A DNA stretch of 64,000 nt, from assembly GCA_963700635.1 (NCBI GenBank), contig CAVOYH010000001.1, positions 384,001 to 448,000 of the forward strand, in the 5' to 3' direction. Below the pieces are notes generated by a model. That model saw only the letters and a list, made by a program, of their open reading frames with translations. It had not been told where the DNA came from and did not search any database. The stretch comes from an uncultured Bacteroidota bacterium (GTDB lineage Bacteria; Bacteroidota; Ignavibacteria; UBA10030; UBA6906). Made by a program: the position numbers and the translations under genes. Shown in pieces: positions 21,827 through 31,659 of this stretch. The first letter of the stretch is position 1, and each line of letters opens with the position of its first letter.

Positions 21827-22491
21827 AAACTCTGCTTGTTACAGAGCGTGATATACTCGACGCCGTTGCTCGCGGCTGTACGCGATTGGAGATTCCTCCG
21901 GCTGCCATCCTGACACCGCTTGCATCGGATACTGCCTCGCAGAAAAATCTGCTGCTCGTCCGCGCAGCTCCCGGTGAAAGGAAAAGCGAGAAGACTCCGG
22001 CAGACGCTTCCGCATCCGGTCAGACGCCGGTTCCTGCAGGTATCGTGGCGATCGGTTCCGATCATGGCGGGTTTGAGCTTAAAACCCAGTTGGCCGGGCA
22101 CATTCGTTCGCTGGGGTTTACCGTTCACGACGCGGGAACGAACAGCGCAGATCCATGCGACTATCCCGATTTCGCGTATGCGGTGGGCAGACTCGTTGCC
22201 TCTAACAGGGCGGGACTCGGCATTATGATCGATGGCGCCGGGGTAGGGTCGTGTATGGTGGTGAACAAGATACCTGGCTTGCGGGGCGCATGCTGCACGC
22301 ATGAGTTTATGGCCCGGAATGCACGTGAACACAACAATGCGAATGTGCTCACCCTCGGAAGTCGAGTTGTCGGGCTGGAAGTGGCAAAGGGAATCGTGGA
22401 AATCTTCCTGCGGACACCGTTCGCGGGGGGGAGACACGAGGGACGGGTGAAGAAGATCATGGACGTTGATCAGAAGTACCGACGTCCGTAG
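21823..22491 (+). CDS. rpiB: Ribose 5-phosphate isomerase B with a ~70-aa N-terminal extension
   Basis: [29 protein letters not shown] and GGRHEGRV; ATGA overlap with rlpA. Confidence 0.9.
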   Translation: MKTLLVTERDILDAVARGCTRLEIPPAAILTPLASDTASQKNLLLVRAAPGERKSEKTPADASASGQTPVPAGIVAIGSDHGGFELKTQLAGHIRSLGFTVHDAGTNSADPCDYPDFAYAVGRLVASNRAGLGIMIDGAGVGSCMVVNKIPGLRGACCTHEFMARNAREHNNANVLTLGSRVVGLEVAKGIVEIFLRTPFAGGRHEGRVKKIMDVDQKYRRP

Positions 22492-22510
22492 GACATGCGG
22501 GGTCCAAAAT

Positions 22511-22537
22511 GACCGGTTCTCTACCGGTCTTTTTTTT
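22511..22537 (+). terminator. Rho-independent terminator after rpiB
   Basis: Hairpin GACCGGT-TCTCT-ACCGGTC followed by T8. Confidence 0.85.
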
Positions 22538-22843
22538 GTCTCTTCGTCCCTTCCGGAGCGCTCACATGCTCAATATTCTGCTCAGGATGAGCGTTGAATG
22601 TCATTTTCTGCCCGTTTTCGCCGTTTTTGTGGTGGCATGCGGATTGTTTTGTCATCCAGATGAAACTTTGCCACCTATTCCTGCGTTTTAAAGATATGTG
22701 GTTTAATACAAGCTTTGTCTTACCGTTCTTTGCGTAACTTCTCCAATTGCATGGAGTTGGACGGTTCTGCCTCCTGTGTGCGTTGTAAGCAGGTTGGTAC
22801 GTGGCAAAGGTCTGCGACACACATCAGCAGGGAAGGACACCTG

Positions 22844-23584
22844 ATGCATATGAGAAGCCTGGTTATCATACTCTGTTCTCTGGTCTTTGTTGCCGGATGC
22901 ACACCGTTCGGCGACGGCGTTCTCCGGAAGACGGACCAGGAACAGGTGGAAGAAAGGAACACTCTTTCGGTAGACCGGATGGATCGGAGCCGGGTTCCCG
23001 AGCCCCTTGTGGACGGACAGACCAGAAAGATCGTGCGTGTCTACGGTCCGACCATCAAGCACTACGCAGAACTCTATGGGCTGGACTGGCGGCTTATCCT
23101 CGCCACAATGAAGCAGGAGTCCCGGTTCTCTCCGACCGCAGAAAGCCACCGCGGTGCGTATGGCCTGATGCAGTTGATGCCCGGAACCGGTGAAGATATC
23201 GCGAGGGAGCTTTCCGTGGAAGATTTGAGCCACCCTCACGACAATATCCGGGGAGGCATCTACTATCTCCGGCAGCTCTACGATATGTTTGAAGGGGCGC
23301 CGGAATCCGACAGGATAAAACTCGCGCTTGCGGCATACAATGCGGGCATTGGCCGCATCTATGACGCACAGGAACTTGCGGCGTACCTTCGCGAAAATCC
23401 ACACGAATGGAACGCCATCAAAGACATGCTGCCCCTGCTCTCGCGGCGTTATGAATCGCTTCACAGAAGTGTATGGAATCAAGAGCGACCGAAAACCGGC
23501 TTTTTCGGTAACTCAGGGGAAACCATACAGTATGTGGAAAATGTGATGTCACATTATGACGAATATCAGCTTATGCTGAACTGA
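22844..23584 (+). CDS. Lytic transglycosylase SLT-domain lipoprotein (MltF-like catalytic domain)
   Basis: Lipobox FVAGC; LDWRLI..QESRF, GAYGLMQLMP, ALAAYNAG.G and ETIQYV. Confidence 0.88.
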   Translation: MHMRSLVIILCSLVFVAGCTPFGDGVLRKTDQEQVEERNTLSVDRMDRSRVPEPLVDGQTRKIVRVYGPTIKHYAELYGLDWRLILATMKQESRFSPTAESHRGAYGLMQLMPGTGEDIARELSVEDLSHPHDNIRGGIYYLRQLYDMFEGAPESDRIKLALAAYNAGIGRIYDAQELAAYLRENPHEWNAIKDMLPLLSRRYESLHRSVWNQERPKTGFFGNSGETIQYVENVMSHYDEYQLMLN

Positions 23585-23617
23585 GGCGGGAGAGGGTTTT
23601 GGAGGGAGAGGTTCGAT

Positions 23618-23660
23618 GAAGGAAGAGAGGCGAATGAACAACGTTCAGCTCTCTTCCTTC
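23618..23660. terminator. Hairpin between convergent SLT and pdaD genes (probable terminator)
   Basis: 12-bp stem GAAGGAAGAGAG/CTCTCTTCCTTC with an inner TGAAC/GTTCA stem; only a short T tract follows. Confidence 0.55.
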
Positions 23661-23708
23661 GCCGTTTTATGGCCATAGCAGGGTGAGGTTGTCAGCGCGG
23701 TGTTGTTC

Positions 23709-24254
23709 CTAGGGCAGCAGAATGGCGCAGGCCAGCACGGTTGTCCAGATCCCGTCCTTGTGTCCTTCCGCTGACTGGGTCACGTTGTACGTTTTGACGA
23801 TTTTCCCGCTCATCTTATACACTTTCTCCCGCTCGTCCCACGCCATCCCCGGATCAAATTCTACCCCCAGCGTGCTTGCAAGCATTGTCGCCGCCAGATC
23901 TTCGGCGTATTCGCCCGCTTTTTCGTCCGTTTCACCGAACGGATGATGTTCTGAGAGGTAGCCGTATTGTGAAGTGTCTGCGGGTGTTGCCACCCCGATC
24001 GAAGCGGCGACAAGCCGGTTTGGCTCATTTGTCGCATTGCGGGCCATCACCGCGAAGGTGATCTGGCCTGGCTGCAGAGCGCGCAACCCTTCATCGGTCG
24101 GTGTCCGCTTACAGCCGGGCGGAAAAATACTGGAGACCGTGACGAGATTACATTTTTCTATCTTGGCGTCACGCAACGCCAGCTCAAAGGACTGGAGGTA
24201 GTCCTTGTGGCGGCCTACTCCTTTGGTAAAGAATATTCTTCCCGGGACGTACAC
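23709..24254 (-). CDS. pdaD: Pyruvoyl-dependent arginine decarboxylase
   Basis: [19 protein letters not shown] (Ser-Ser autocleavage site), YGYLSEHH and [13 protein letters not shown]. Confidence 0.9.
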   Translation of the reverse strand: MYVPGRIFFTKGVGRHKDYLQSFELALRDAKIEKCNLVTVSSIFPPGCKRTPTDEGLRALQPGQITFAVMARNATNEPNRLVAASIGVATPADTSQYGYLSEHHPFGETDEKAGEYAEDLAATMLASTLGVEFDPGMAWDEREKVYKMSGKIVKTYNVTQSAEGHKDGIWTTVLACAILLP

Positions 24255-24301
24255 GTTCTTTTCTCCTTTTCTTCGTCAGGACAGATACACGATATGGTTG
24301 T

Positions 24302-25528
24302 TCATGCGGGTAGAACGCGTACAAATTTGCGTTTGCCCACTTTTATGATGACGCCGCGGCCGACGTCGATGAGTGCCGACTGATCCGTGACACGCTGGCC
24401 GTCAATCGAAACTCCCCCCTGTTCGATAAGCCGACGAGCTTCGCTGTTGGACGGGGCCAGCCCTGTTTCCGCGAGGAGGCGGAGAATACTCACCGGGAGG
24501 CCGTTGGTGGGGAGTCTTGCCTCCGGAATTTCATCCGGCAGATCCTTACGCACAAAGATCCTGTCAAATTCTTCCTCGGCTGCCGCTGCGGCGCCGGTGT
24601 CATGGTAGAGCGCAACGATTTCCCGTGCCAGACGCCGTTTTAGATCGCGCGGGTTTGCCGTCCCCTGTTCAAGCTGTTTCCGGATTGCGGCGAGTTCGGT
24701 TTCCGGCAAACCTGTCGCAAGGACCAGGTAATCATAGATAACCGTATCCGGGATGGACAGTGTTTTCCCGTACATCTGCTGAGGGACCTCGCTGATGCCG
24801 ATGTAATTGTCGAGAGATTTGCTCATTTTCTCCACGCCGTCAGTGCCGGGCAGGATGGGCATGGTCAGGGTTACCTGGGGATCCATGCCGTACTCCCGCT
24901 GGATGTCGCGTCCGACGAGAAGGTTAAATTTCTGGTCCGTCCCACCCAGTTCCACGTCCGCCTCGACGGCCACTGAATCCATCGCTTGCGCCAGCGGATA
25001 GAGCAACTCGTGGACGCTGATGGGTTCTCCCGCTTTGTACCGGCGTTCAAAATCGTCCCTCTCCAGCATACGCGCGACAGTGTATTTTGCGCCGAGTTCA
25101 ATAACGTTGGCGAAGGACATCTTCCCGAGCCAATCGGAATTGTACACCATCTGGATTTTTTTTGTGGAAAGGACGCGGGTGGCCTGCTCGAAGTAGGACT
25201 GTCCGTTTTTCCGCGTCTCTTCGATGGTCAAAGGGGGGCGAGTCTTGCTGCGGCCCGACGGATCGCCGATCATGCCGGTGAAATCGCCCACGATCAGGAT
25301 CGCATGATGTCCCAGATCCTGGAATTGGCGGAGTTTGCGAAGAACGACGGAATGTCCGAGATGGAGGTCCGGACGGCTTGGATCGCATCCGAGTTTGATC
25401 CTGAGGGGCTTACGTGCCTGGAGGGAGTGTGTAATCTTCCTGGCGAGGTCTTCTTCGCGGATAATCTCAGCGGCACCCCGCCGGATGAGATCCATCTGCT
25501 CATTGAGAGGTGGGAACTGCTCGCTCAT
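24302..25528 (-). CDS. tyrS: Tyrosine--tRNA ligase
   Basis: KLGCDPSRPDLHLGH (HIGH), GGTDQKFN, KMSKS and a C-terminal S4 domain. Confidence 0.97.
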   Translation of the reverse strand: MSEQFPPLNEQMDLIRRGAAEIIREEDLARKITHSLQARKPLRIKLGCDPSRPDLHLGHSVVLRKLRQFQDLGHHAILIVGDFTGMIGDPSGRSKTRPPLTIEETRKNGQSYFEQATRVLSTKKIQMVYNSDWLGKMSFANVIELGAKYTVARMLERDDFERRYKAGEPISVHELLYPLAQAMDSVAVEADVELGGTDQKFNLLVGRDIQREYGMDPQVTLTMPILPGTDGVEKMSKSLDNYIGISEVPQQMYGKTLSIPDTVIYDYLVLATGLPETELAAIRKQLEQGTANPRDLKRRLAREIVALYHDTGAAAAAEEEFDRIFVRKDLPDEIPEARLPTNGLPVSILRLLAETGLAPSNSEARRLIEQGGVSIDGQRVTDQSALIDVGRGVIIKVGKRKFVRVLPA

Positions 25529-25996
25529 CTACAGTGCATAATTCCTTCTAATGTCACGTTCCGACTCACGGCGCGCGATATCGTCCCTTCGATCATGGGC
25601 TCGTTTGCCGCGGCAAATACCCAGGAGGACTTTCGCGATGTTTTTGCGGAAGTGAATGCGCAGAGGGATCAACGTAATCCCCGGTTCTCCGGTCCGCGCG
25701 ATGATCTTCCGGATTTCTTTTCTATGTAAAAGGAGTTTGCGTTTACGGATCGGGTCGACATTCGCATAACTTCCTTGCTGATACGGGCTAATGTGCATTC
25801 CCAGCACCCAAACTTCGCCGTTCTTGACCTGCGCATACGCTTCAGCAATGTTGGCGTTTCCCAGGCGAAGTGATTTCACTTCCGTTCCGGTGAGCACGAT
25901 CCCGGTTTCATACGTCTCCAGAACCGAGTATTCGTGGCGCGCTTTCCGGTTGGTGCTGACAACTTTTTCGTCCGCCGCCTCCTGAGGTGCCATCAT
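25529..25996 (-). CDS. smpB: SsrA-binding protein SmpB
   Basis: NRKARHEY, GIVLTGTEVKSLR, RKRKLLLHR.EI and G.RAHDRR; its stop codon abuts the tyrS start. Confidence 0.96.
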   Translation of the reverse strand: MMAPQEAADEKVVSTNRKARHEYSVLETYETGIVLTGTEVKSLRLGNANIAEAYAQVKNGEVWVLGMHISPYQQGSYANVDPIRKRKLLLHRKEIRKIIARTGEPGITLIPLRIHFRKNIAKVLLGICRGKRAHDRRDDIARRESERDIRRNYAL

Positions 25997-26399
25997 CCCG
26001 TCATTTTTTTGCCCGATAAGTATACCGAAATTCGATAGGAAAAGCAATGCTCTGGCATCGTTCCGCGGGAAAATGAATATCCGGTGATCAGGGAAGCCAT
26101 CCCATGTTTCGCGACCTGCCCCTTCACGTCAATGACCGGCTTCTCTTCATTGCGGGCCAGCAGTGAGTCCGGGCGGAAGAGCCGGGATTCCCGCTGCACA
26201 GCCGGAGCGATTGCACTTCTTTGGGTGGAAGCGTACATTCAGTCGGCAAGAATTTGAGAAATACCTGAAAGCCGCTGAAAGATTTCCCTGTGCAAACCAT
26301 TTACCTTCGGGCGCCAGGTGGTATATACCGGTAGATGAAGCACTTCTTCGAAAACCGACTGCACTGTTTACATTCACAAAAGGACCCAGGAGCATGCGC

Positions 26400-27887
26400 A
26401 TGAACTCCTCCGCACGAATCGCCCTTGCTGCGGCGCTGGCCGTTTTCGCAACGACTCCGGCACAGACCCAGCCTCTCAGAACCGGAACGGCAGGTGACCG
26501 CTCTTCTGTGGATCTGACCATCTATAATCGGAACCTTTCCCTGATCAGAGAAGAACGTAGTATCACGCTTCCCCGTGGGATGAGCCGTCTGCTGGTTCCG
26601 GACATTCCCACAACCATTGACGGCACATCACTCCATTTTCTCAGTCTGACCGAGCCGGGAGCTGTCCGGGTGCTCGAGCAAAACTATCAGTACGATCTTG
26701 TGCACACGTCAAAGCTTCTTGAGCGTTATCTGGGAAAGCAGATCGAATTTGTACGGATCGAACCCTCGACAGACAAGGAGTACACGGTATCCGGCCGTCT
26801 GCTTTCCTCCGGCTACACCGGACAGTCGCTGCACGGGGGGATGATTGCGGAGATCAATGGAAAAATTGAGGTGAATCCTTCCGGCAGACTGCTTCTTCCC
26901 GCCCTCCCGGAAGGGCTTATCCTCAAGCCCCAGCTGGAGTGGCTGGTCTCGAATCTGCGGGATGGATCCCACAAGGCGGAAATCAGCTACCTGGCGGGTG
27001 GTCTGACCTGGTCCAGTGATTATGTAGCCCTCCTTGATGCATCAGACGCAAAGCTGGATCTTACGGGTTGGGTGACTCTTACCAACAATTCCGGCACAAC
27101 GTTTTCCAACGCCGGACTCAAACTTGTGGCAGGGGATGTAAACGTTGTCGAGGAGGGATTCGCGGGCTCTCTCCGTGCTGGAAAGACGATGATGACGGAC
27201 GCCATGGAGGAACCACAGTTCAAACAGACGGAGTTGTTTGAGTACAAGCTCTATACGCTGCAACGGCGGACGGACGTCCGGAACAATGAAACCAAGCAGG
27301 TGGAGCTGATCTCCGGCAAATCGGTCCCATCCCGGAAGATGTTTATCTATGACGGTCTGGCCGGACAGTGGCGGATGTGGTTCAACAATCAATCATACCG
27401 CTCCCAGAGCAGTTTCGGACAACAATCGAACACGAAGGTCGGGGTGTACATGACGTTTCGGAATGAAGAAAAGGGCGGACTCGGTATACCTCTGCCCAAG
27501 GGGAAAGTCCGCGTGTACAAACGTGATCAGGAGGGCAAAGAGCAGTTCATCGGGGAAGACCGGATCGATCACACTCCGAAAGATGAGGAGGTACGGCTCT
27601 ACCTGGGAAATGCCTTTGATATTGTCGGGGAGCGAGCACAGATGGACTTCAGATCTCTGGCAGGAGGGCGGATCGTCGAAGAAACGATCGAGATCAAGGT
27701 CCGGAATCATAAGACCGAAGGGGTGGAAGTACAGGTGTACGAGCATCCCTGGCGGTGGAGTCAGTGGGAGATCCTGAATGCCAACAACGAGTGGCACAAA
27801 GTCGACCAAACCACGCTCCGGTTTCCGGTGAAGCTTGGAAAAGACCAGGAGAAGGTCGTGAAATACACCGTGCGATACAGCTGGTAA
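26400..27887 (+). CDS. DUF4139 domain-containing secreted protein
   Basis: ATG after AGGAG; signal peptide; LTIYN..L.LIREER, EQNYQYDL, YL.GGL.W..DY, FEYKLY and PLPKG.VRVY..FIGED.IDHTP. Confidence 0.82.
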   Translation: MNSSARIALAAALAVFATTPAQTQPLRTGTAGDRSSVDLTIYNRNLSLIREERSITLPRGMSRLLVPDIPTTIDGTSLHFLSLTEPGAVRVLEQNYQYDLVHTSKLLERYLGKQIEFVRIEPSTDKEYTVSGRLLSSGYTGQSLHGGMIAEINGKIEVNPSGRLLLPALPEGLILKPQLEWLVSNLRDGSHKAEISYLAGGLTWSSDYVALLDASDAKLDLTGWVTLTNNSGTTFSNAGLKLVAGDVNVVEEGFAGSLRAGKTMMTDAMEEPQFKQTELFEYKLYTLQRRTDVRNNETKQVELISGKSVPSRKMFIYDGLAGQWRMWFNNQSYRSQSSFGQQSNTKVGVYMTFRNEEKGGLGIPLPKGKVRVYKRDQEGKEQFIGEDRIDHTPKDEEVRLYLGNAFDIVGERAQMDFRSLAGGRIVEETIEIKVRNHKTEGVEVQVYEHPWRWSQWEILNANNEWHKVDQTTLRFPVKLGKDQEKVVKYTVRYSW

Positions 27888-27893
27888 TCGCTC

Positions 27894-29237
27894 CTAGTTC
27901 ACCGTAAAAGGTATCGTCAACCATTTTGTTTCGGGGCCGGAAGAAGATCTTCCGGCTTCGTATGTCGAGTTCATCACTGCCGTGATAATTGGTTGATTAA
28001 AAGCCGGGTTTGTGCTTTTTGCGACGAGAGTCCTGACCGGCTTTCCCTGTTCATCGATCTGTACCATGATCACCACATCGCCTCCCCCGGGAAGAGCAAG
28101 TACATCCGGTGGAAACACGGGTTGTTCGAGACGGACGATGTGCGGGTCACGCGCTCCCGACGTCTGCTCGATTGCGGCCGGTTCAGCGGGAGTCTTCGCC
28201 ACGCGCTCCGGACTGCTTGTCTTCACCATGCCCGCCGGATTCGGCAGTGCTGAAGCAAATGCGCGGTTCGGCTCCCCTGCGATGGAGGCGCCATCCGGCT
28301 GTTGCTGAGTCTTCTCTTCAACCTTCCCGGAGGATGCGGGTTCGGCCTGCGAAACAACCGGATCACGTTCAGCCGGACCGGGAGAAACTGGCGGGACCAC
28401 GGCGGCCCGGGGGCGCACCCGGGGCTGCGCGACTTTCGCCGGTTGTTGCTCCGGAACTTCATCGGAAGGCGGCAGCAGCACGGCCGTTGCAGCACCACCT
28501 CCCAGAAGCGCGAGGAAGGTCAAGCCAAACAACCACCGTTTACCGCGACGCCGGCTTGCCGCCGCTGAAGGTTCAACTGTCTCCAGCGGAGCAGCTTCCT
28601 GTTTGGGAGGAATCTCATGCTCATCATCAAAGGTGAGAATGGGGTGTGCCGTGACCTGCGGCTTCGTCGGTTCCTGTGCCGGTTGTGCCGGTTGCTCTGG
28701 CCGGATGCCGGTACGCTGCTGCAACTCGACCAACTGCCTGATGGTTCTCTCATATTCGAGCGCCGCCTGATCATCGGGAGCAATGATCTTCACCCGCCTG
28801 ATTTCCACGAGTGCGCTTCCGTACGCCCCCTTTTTCAGATATTCATCTGCATGCTGGAAGTATTGTTCCTTCAACTGCGCGCGTGCTACGTCCCTGTCTG
28901 AACGGTGCGCAGTGGGCTTCGGCGGTGTCGGTGTCGGTGTCGGACGTGTCGGAGGACCCGACCGCATCGCCTGCATGGCGTCATGAATCAGGCCTGGCAA
29001 GGAACCGAGAAGTTCCCTCTTTTGGGCCTCTGAGGTCTCCGAATCACGCGGCAGCACGAGCAAACGCTCCAGCTGTTTCTCAAGAGCCACGAAGGACGTG
29101 GTGTGGGGGTAGAAGGCCTTGATCTTTCGCAGGCGTATGAGAGCGTCTGCAAATTGTCCGCCTTCCGCCATGGTCTGAATCTCGAAGACCTGTTCGGCTG
29201 CGAGTGTCTGCGGTGATGCTGTGTCAGTGGGTGTCAT
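27894..29237 (-). CDS. TonB C-terminal domain protein with N-terminal cytoplasmic TPR-like repeats, TM helix and Pro-rich linker
   Basis: ATG 29237 overlaps the upstream stop (ATGA). Two TPR-like units, RRRGKR-TM, Pro-rich spacer, and C-terminal P.FP..GGDVVIMVQIDEQGK..F...I.A...Y..G...WLTIPF.V (TonB_C). Confidence 0.75.
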   Translation of the reverse strand: MTPTDTASPQTLAAEQVFEIQTMAEGGQFADALIRLRKIKAFYPHTTSFVALEKQLERLLVLPRDSETSEAQKRELLGSLPGLIHDAMQAMRSGPPTRPTPTPTPPKPTAHRSDRDVARAQLKEQYFQHADEYLKKGAYGSALVEIRRVKIIAPDDQAALEYERTIRQLVELQQRTGIRPEQPAQPAQEPTKPQVTAHPILTFDDEHEIPPKQEAAPLETVEPSAAASRRRGKRWLFGLTFLALLGGGAATAVLLPPSDEVPEQQPAKVAQPRVRPRAAVVPPVSPGPAERDPVVSQAEPASSGKVEEKTQQQPDGASIAGEPNRAFASALPNPAGMVKTSSPERVAKTPAEPAAIEQTSGARDPHIVRLEQPVFPPDVLALPGGGDVVIMVQIDEQGKPVRTLVAKSTNPAFNQPIITAVMNSTYEAGRSSSGPETKWLTIPFTVN

Positions 29238-30541
29238 TCGCCGTTTGCCACGCGATCGTGGTGATAGATAAGTTTCAGAGGCGGGTTGGCCGACTGTTGA
29301 TGATGCCGGAGTTCCTGTTGTCGGATCTTCACTTCCGCCCGTTTGACTTCTGTATTTGTTGGATCCAGAACATATGCTTTGGCAAGACCATCCAGCGCCC
29401 GGGTAAAATCTCCGTGTTGGGCGAACTCTTCCGCTGCAAGAATGTGGAGCCGGATGAGTCTGCCGTGCTCGCTCGAACCACGCGCGGTTGTGTCCGCGGC
29501 AGCATGTTCGTTCTTCTGTTGCCATATCAGTTGTTCGAGTGCGAGAAGGCTGGTGGCTTCGTGATCGACAACAAGGCCAAGAGCGACTTCGGTAAGGGCT
29601 TCGTCATACGATGCAACCGCAAGCAGGTCCCGCGCGCGGGTGGCGTGTTGTTCCACCTTTTGCTCCCGCAACACGAGCTCATCCACGTTCGCTTCCGCCC
29701 TGATCTGTTCCGCCCCGGGCTTTCCCTCCACCCCGGACTCTGTCTCTGGTGCCAACTCTTGTTCTGTCTCTGGCGCTGATTCTACCTCTGTCTCTGCTTC
29801 TTCCCCTGTCGCTGCTTCTTCCTCTGTTTCCGCCCCTGTCTCTCCCGCAAGCCATGGGTCTTTCTCCGCGCCCGCCTCCAGCTCTATTGCCGCTCCCCCC
29901 TGCTGCTGCGCGACCTCTATTTCTTCCTGCTGTTGGTTCGCCCATATGCGTGCTCTTGTGACAAGCTGTTCACACTCCCTGAGTCCCCGGTCCATCGGAT
30001 CAAGAACATAGCCCCGCGTCACGAGGTGCATTGCTTCGTCATACTCCCCTCGTGACGCAAGGTCGCAGGCCTCCTGGATGTAGGCCTGGATCGTATCCCG
30101 GACGATCGCGTGGTATATATCCGGCGTCGAGGCCGTTGGGGGGGCGCTGGTGCATGCCTCACGAATTTGCTCCTCCAGCCCGGGAATATCCGCATTCATC
30201 GGGTCAAGCTGACGTGCCTGCCCGAGTATCTCCAGCGCCCCGCGGAAATCGTTGTTCGAGAGCGAGTCATACGCTTTGCTCAACAATCCAACGATTTCCG
30301 CGAGAGCCGGGGCGGGTGAAGGCTTCTGGCCAGAGGTTGATCCGGTATTCGCGGGTGTTGCAGGAGCCTCAACTACGGAGGCGCGGGATTCCATCAGTGC
30401 CCGAACACGCTCTTCGTATGCCTCGGCATAACGGTTCGCCGGATCTTCCGCGCGGGCTTTGACTATCAGAGCCAGAGCAGCAGAAAAGTTGCCCTCACGG
30501 ACAAGCTTGTCTGCCTGCTTCAACGATGTCATAGTCATCAT
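29234..30541 (-). CDS. Cytoplasmic TPR-like repeat protein with an acidic low-complexity linker
   Basis: About five helical repeats (e.g. ALALIVKARAEDPAN, ALEILGQARQLDPMN, ALDGLAKAYVLDPTN); no signal peptide or TM. Confidence 0.72.
   Translation of the reverse strand: MMTMTSLKQADKLVREGNFSAALALIVKARAEDPANRYAEAYEERVRALMESRASVVEAPATPANTGSTSGQKPSPAPALAEIVGLLSKAYDSLSNNDFRGALEILGQARQLDPMNADIPGLEEQIREACTSAPPTASTPDIYHAIVRDTIQAYIQEACDLASRGEYDEAMHLVTRGYVLDPMDRGLRECEQLVTRARIWANQQQEEIEVAQQQGGAAIELEAGAEKDPWLAGETGAETEEEAATGEEAETEVESAPETEQELAPETESGVEGKPGAEQIRAEANVDELVLREQKVEQHATRARDLLAVASYDEALTEVALGLVVDHEATSLLALEQLIWQQKNEHAAADTTARGSSEHGRLIRLHILAAEEFAQHGDFTRALDGLAKAYVLDPTNTEVKRAEVKIRQQELRHHQQSANPPLKLIYHHDRVANGE
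29740..29850 (-). repeat. Degenerate intragenic tandem repeat encoding a Glu-rich linker
   Basis: Recurrent CTCTGTCTCTG/CCCTGTC units on the + strand; encodes GETGAETEEEAATGEEAETEVESAPETEQELAPETES. Confidence 0.6.
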
Positions 30542-30822
30542 GCCCACGTAGCCTCTGGCGTTTATCCAACGTCAGGAAGTACAAAGCGCATGCCATGACA
30601 TACTCTGTCCGTTGTGCCATTTGTGCCGGCAAAAGGGGATGTTTTTGCCCGTTGCACGTGTCTGACGTCGCCACGATGACATCCGTGTAAAGACACTGGT
30701 AACAAGCCTTCGGGTTTTTCTTCTTTGAAAGGAGGGGTGTGTGTGGAATCTACAATAACGCTATACGTCTTTGCAGTCGCCCCGTGACGTGCGTCACGGA
30801 GCGTGATACGGCCTCCGGAGGG

Positions 30823-31659
30823 TCAAGGCGATTGAGTGGTGTCTGCCTTCGCCGAATCAGCCGGGACACCTGCGGGAACCGGGTAAAATGGTTCGTCAGT
30901 GGCACTTTCCTGGTCAATTTCCTCGATGGCAGGCGGCGCAACCGGTTGCTCCGGCTGCTCACGTTTCCAGAAGTAGTAGAACGCGAAGGCGATCACCACA
31001 ACGGCAATGCCCATAACGATCGCCAGCAGCCGGTTGGACTTTTTCGCCGGATCGGCGTGTAATGGTGTACTTTCAACCTCGGAGGAAGAGCGTACATCGG
31101 TATCCGGCACGGGAGGTTCGGAAGCAACCAGAGGTTTCCGCCGTTGAAGTTCCTGCATCTGCAGGATCTTGAGTTCAAACTCGCGGGCAAAAAGATCTTC
31201 ATTGTCAATGACAAAAACACGGCGGAGTTCGGTGAGGGCATGCTCATACTCATGCTTCTTGACATGCTCGTGGGCGCGCTGGAAGTACTGGTTCTTTAGC
31301 CACTGTCGGGCAGCGCGGAGTTGTTCCTGTTGTTCGGGAGTGGGGGGGCGTTCCGCCTTCGCCGCCCCGGGGGAGGTCAGCGGCGCCTGATGTTCGCGCG
31401 CCTGCTCGATAAGGCCCGGAAGAGAATCCAGTATGTCCGTACGCTGATCTCCGGTGAGCTTTCCCGTAGAGGTGAGTTCTTCGAGCTGCTCTATTTGGCG
31501 TTCGAAGGCGAGGATATAGATGTTCGAGGTGTCGAGCGCGCGCGCTTTGCGAATCGCGACCAGGGCTTCCTTGTAACCGCTCTTCCCTGTGTGTTCGTGT
31601 GCCTCGGTAAGAAGACGGTGAATCAATGCTTGCGCGCGTTGTTTGTCGTTGTCATTCAT
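30823..31659 (-). CDS. Single-pass membrane protein with two TPR-like repeats; paralog of the N-terminus of the TonB protein at 27894-29237
   Basis: ATG 31659 overlaps the GH31 stop by 8 bp. Shares SLPGLI and LK.QYFQ.A.E..KK..Y..AL.E.RRV..I with the TonB protein; C-terminal TM and short periplasmic tail. Confidence 0.72.
   Translation of the reverse strand: MNDNDKQRAQALIHRLLTEAHEHTGKSGYKEALVAIRKARALDTSNIYILAFERQIEQLEELTSTGKLTGDQRTDILDSLPGLIEQAREHQAPLTSPGAAKAERPPTPEQQEQLRAARQWLKNQYFQRAHEHVKKHEYEHALTELRRVFVIDNEDLFAREFELKILQMQELQRRKPLVASEPPVPDTDVRSSSEVESTPLHADPAKKSNRLLAIVMGIAVVVIAFAFYYFWKREQPEQPVAPPAIEEIDQESATDEPFYPVPAGVPADSAKADTTQSP

Noticed and set aside
25997-26399. tmRNA next to smpB, or a T-box for tyrS
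   Set aside because: No tRNA-like GGGG...CCACCA ends seen; tyrS directly abuts smpB, leaving no leader.
29238-29525. N-terminal extension of the TonB-domain ORF to 29525
   Set aside because: Overlaps the upstream TPR gene in another frame; the ATGA overlap at 29234-29237 is the better start.
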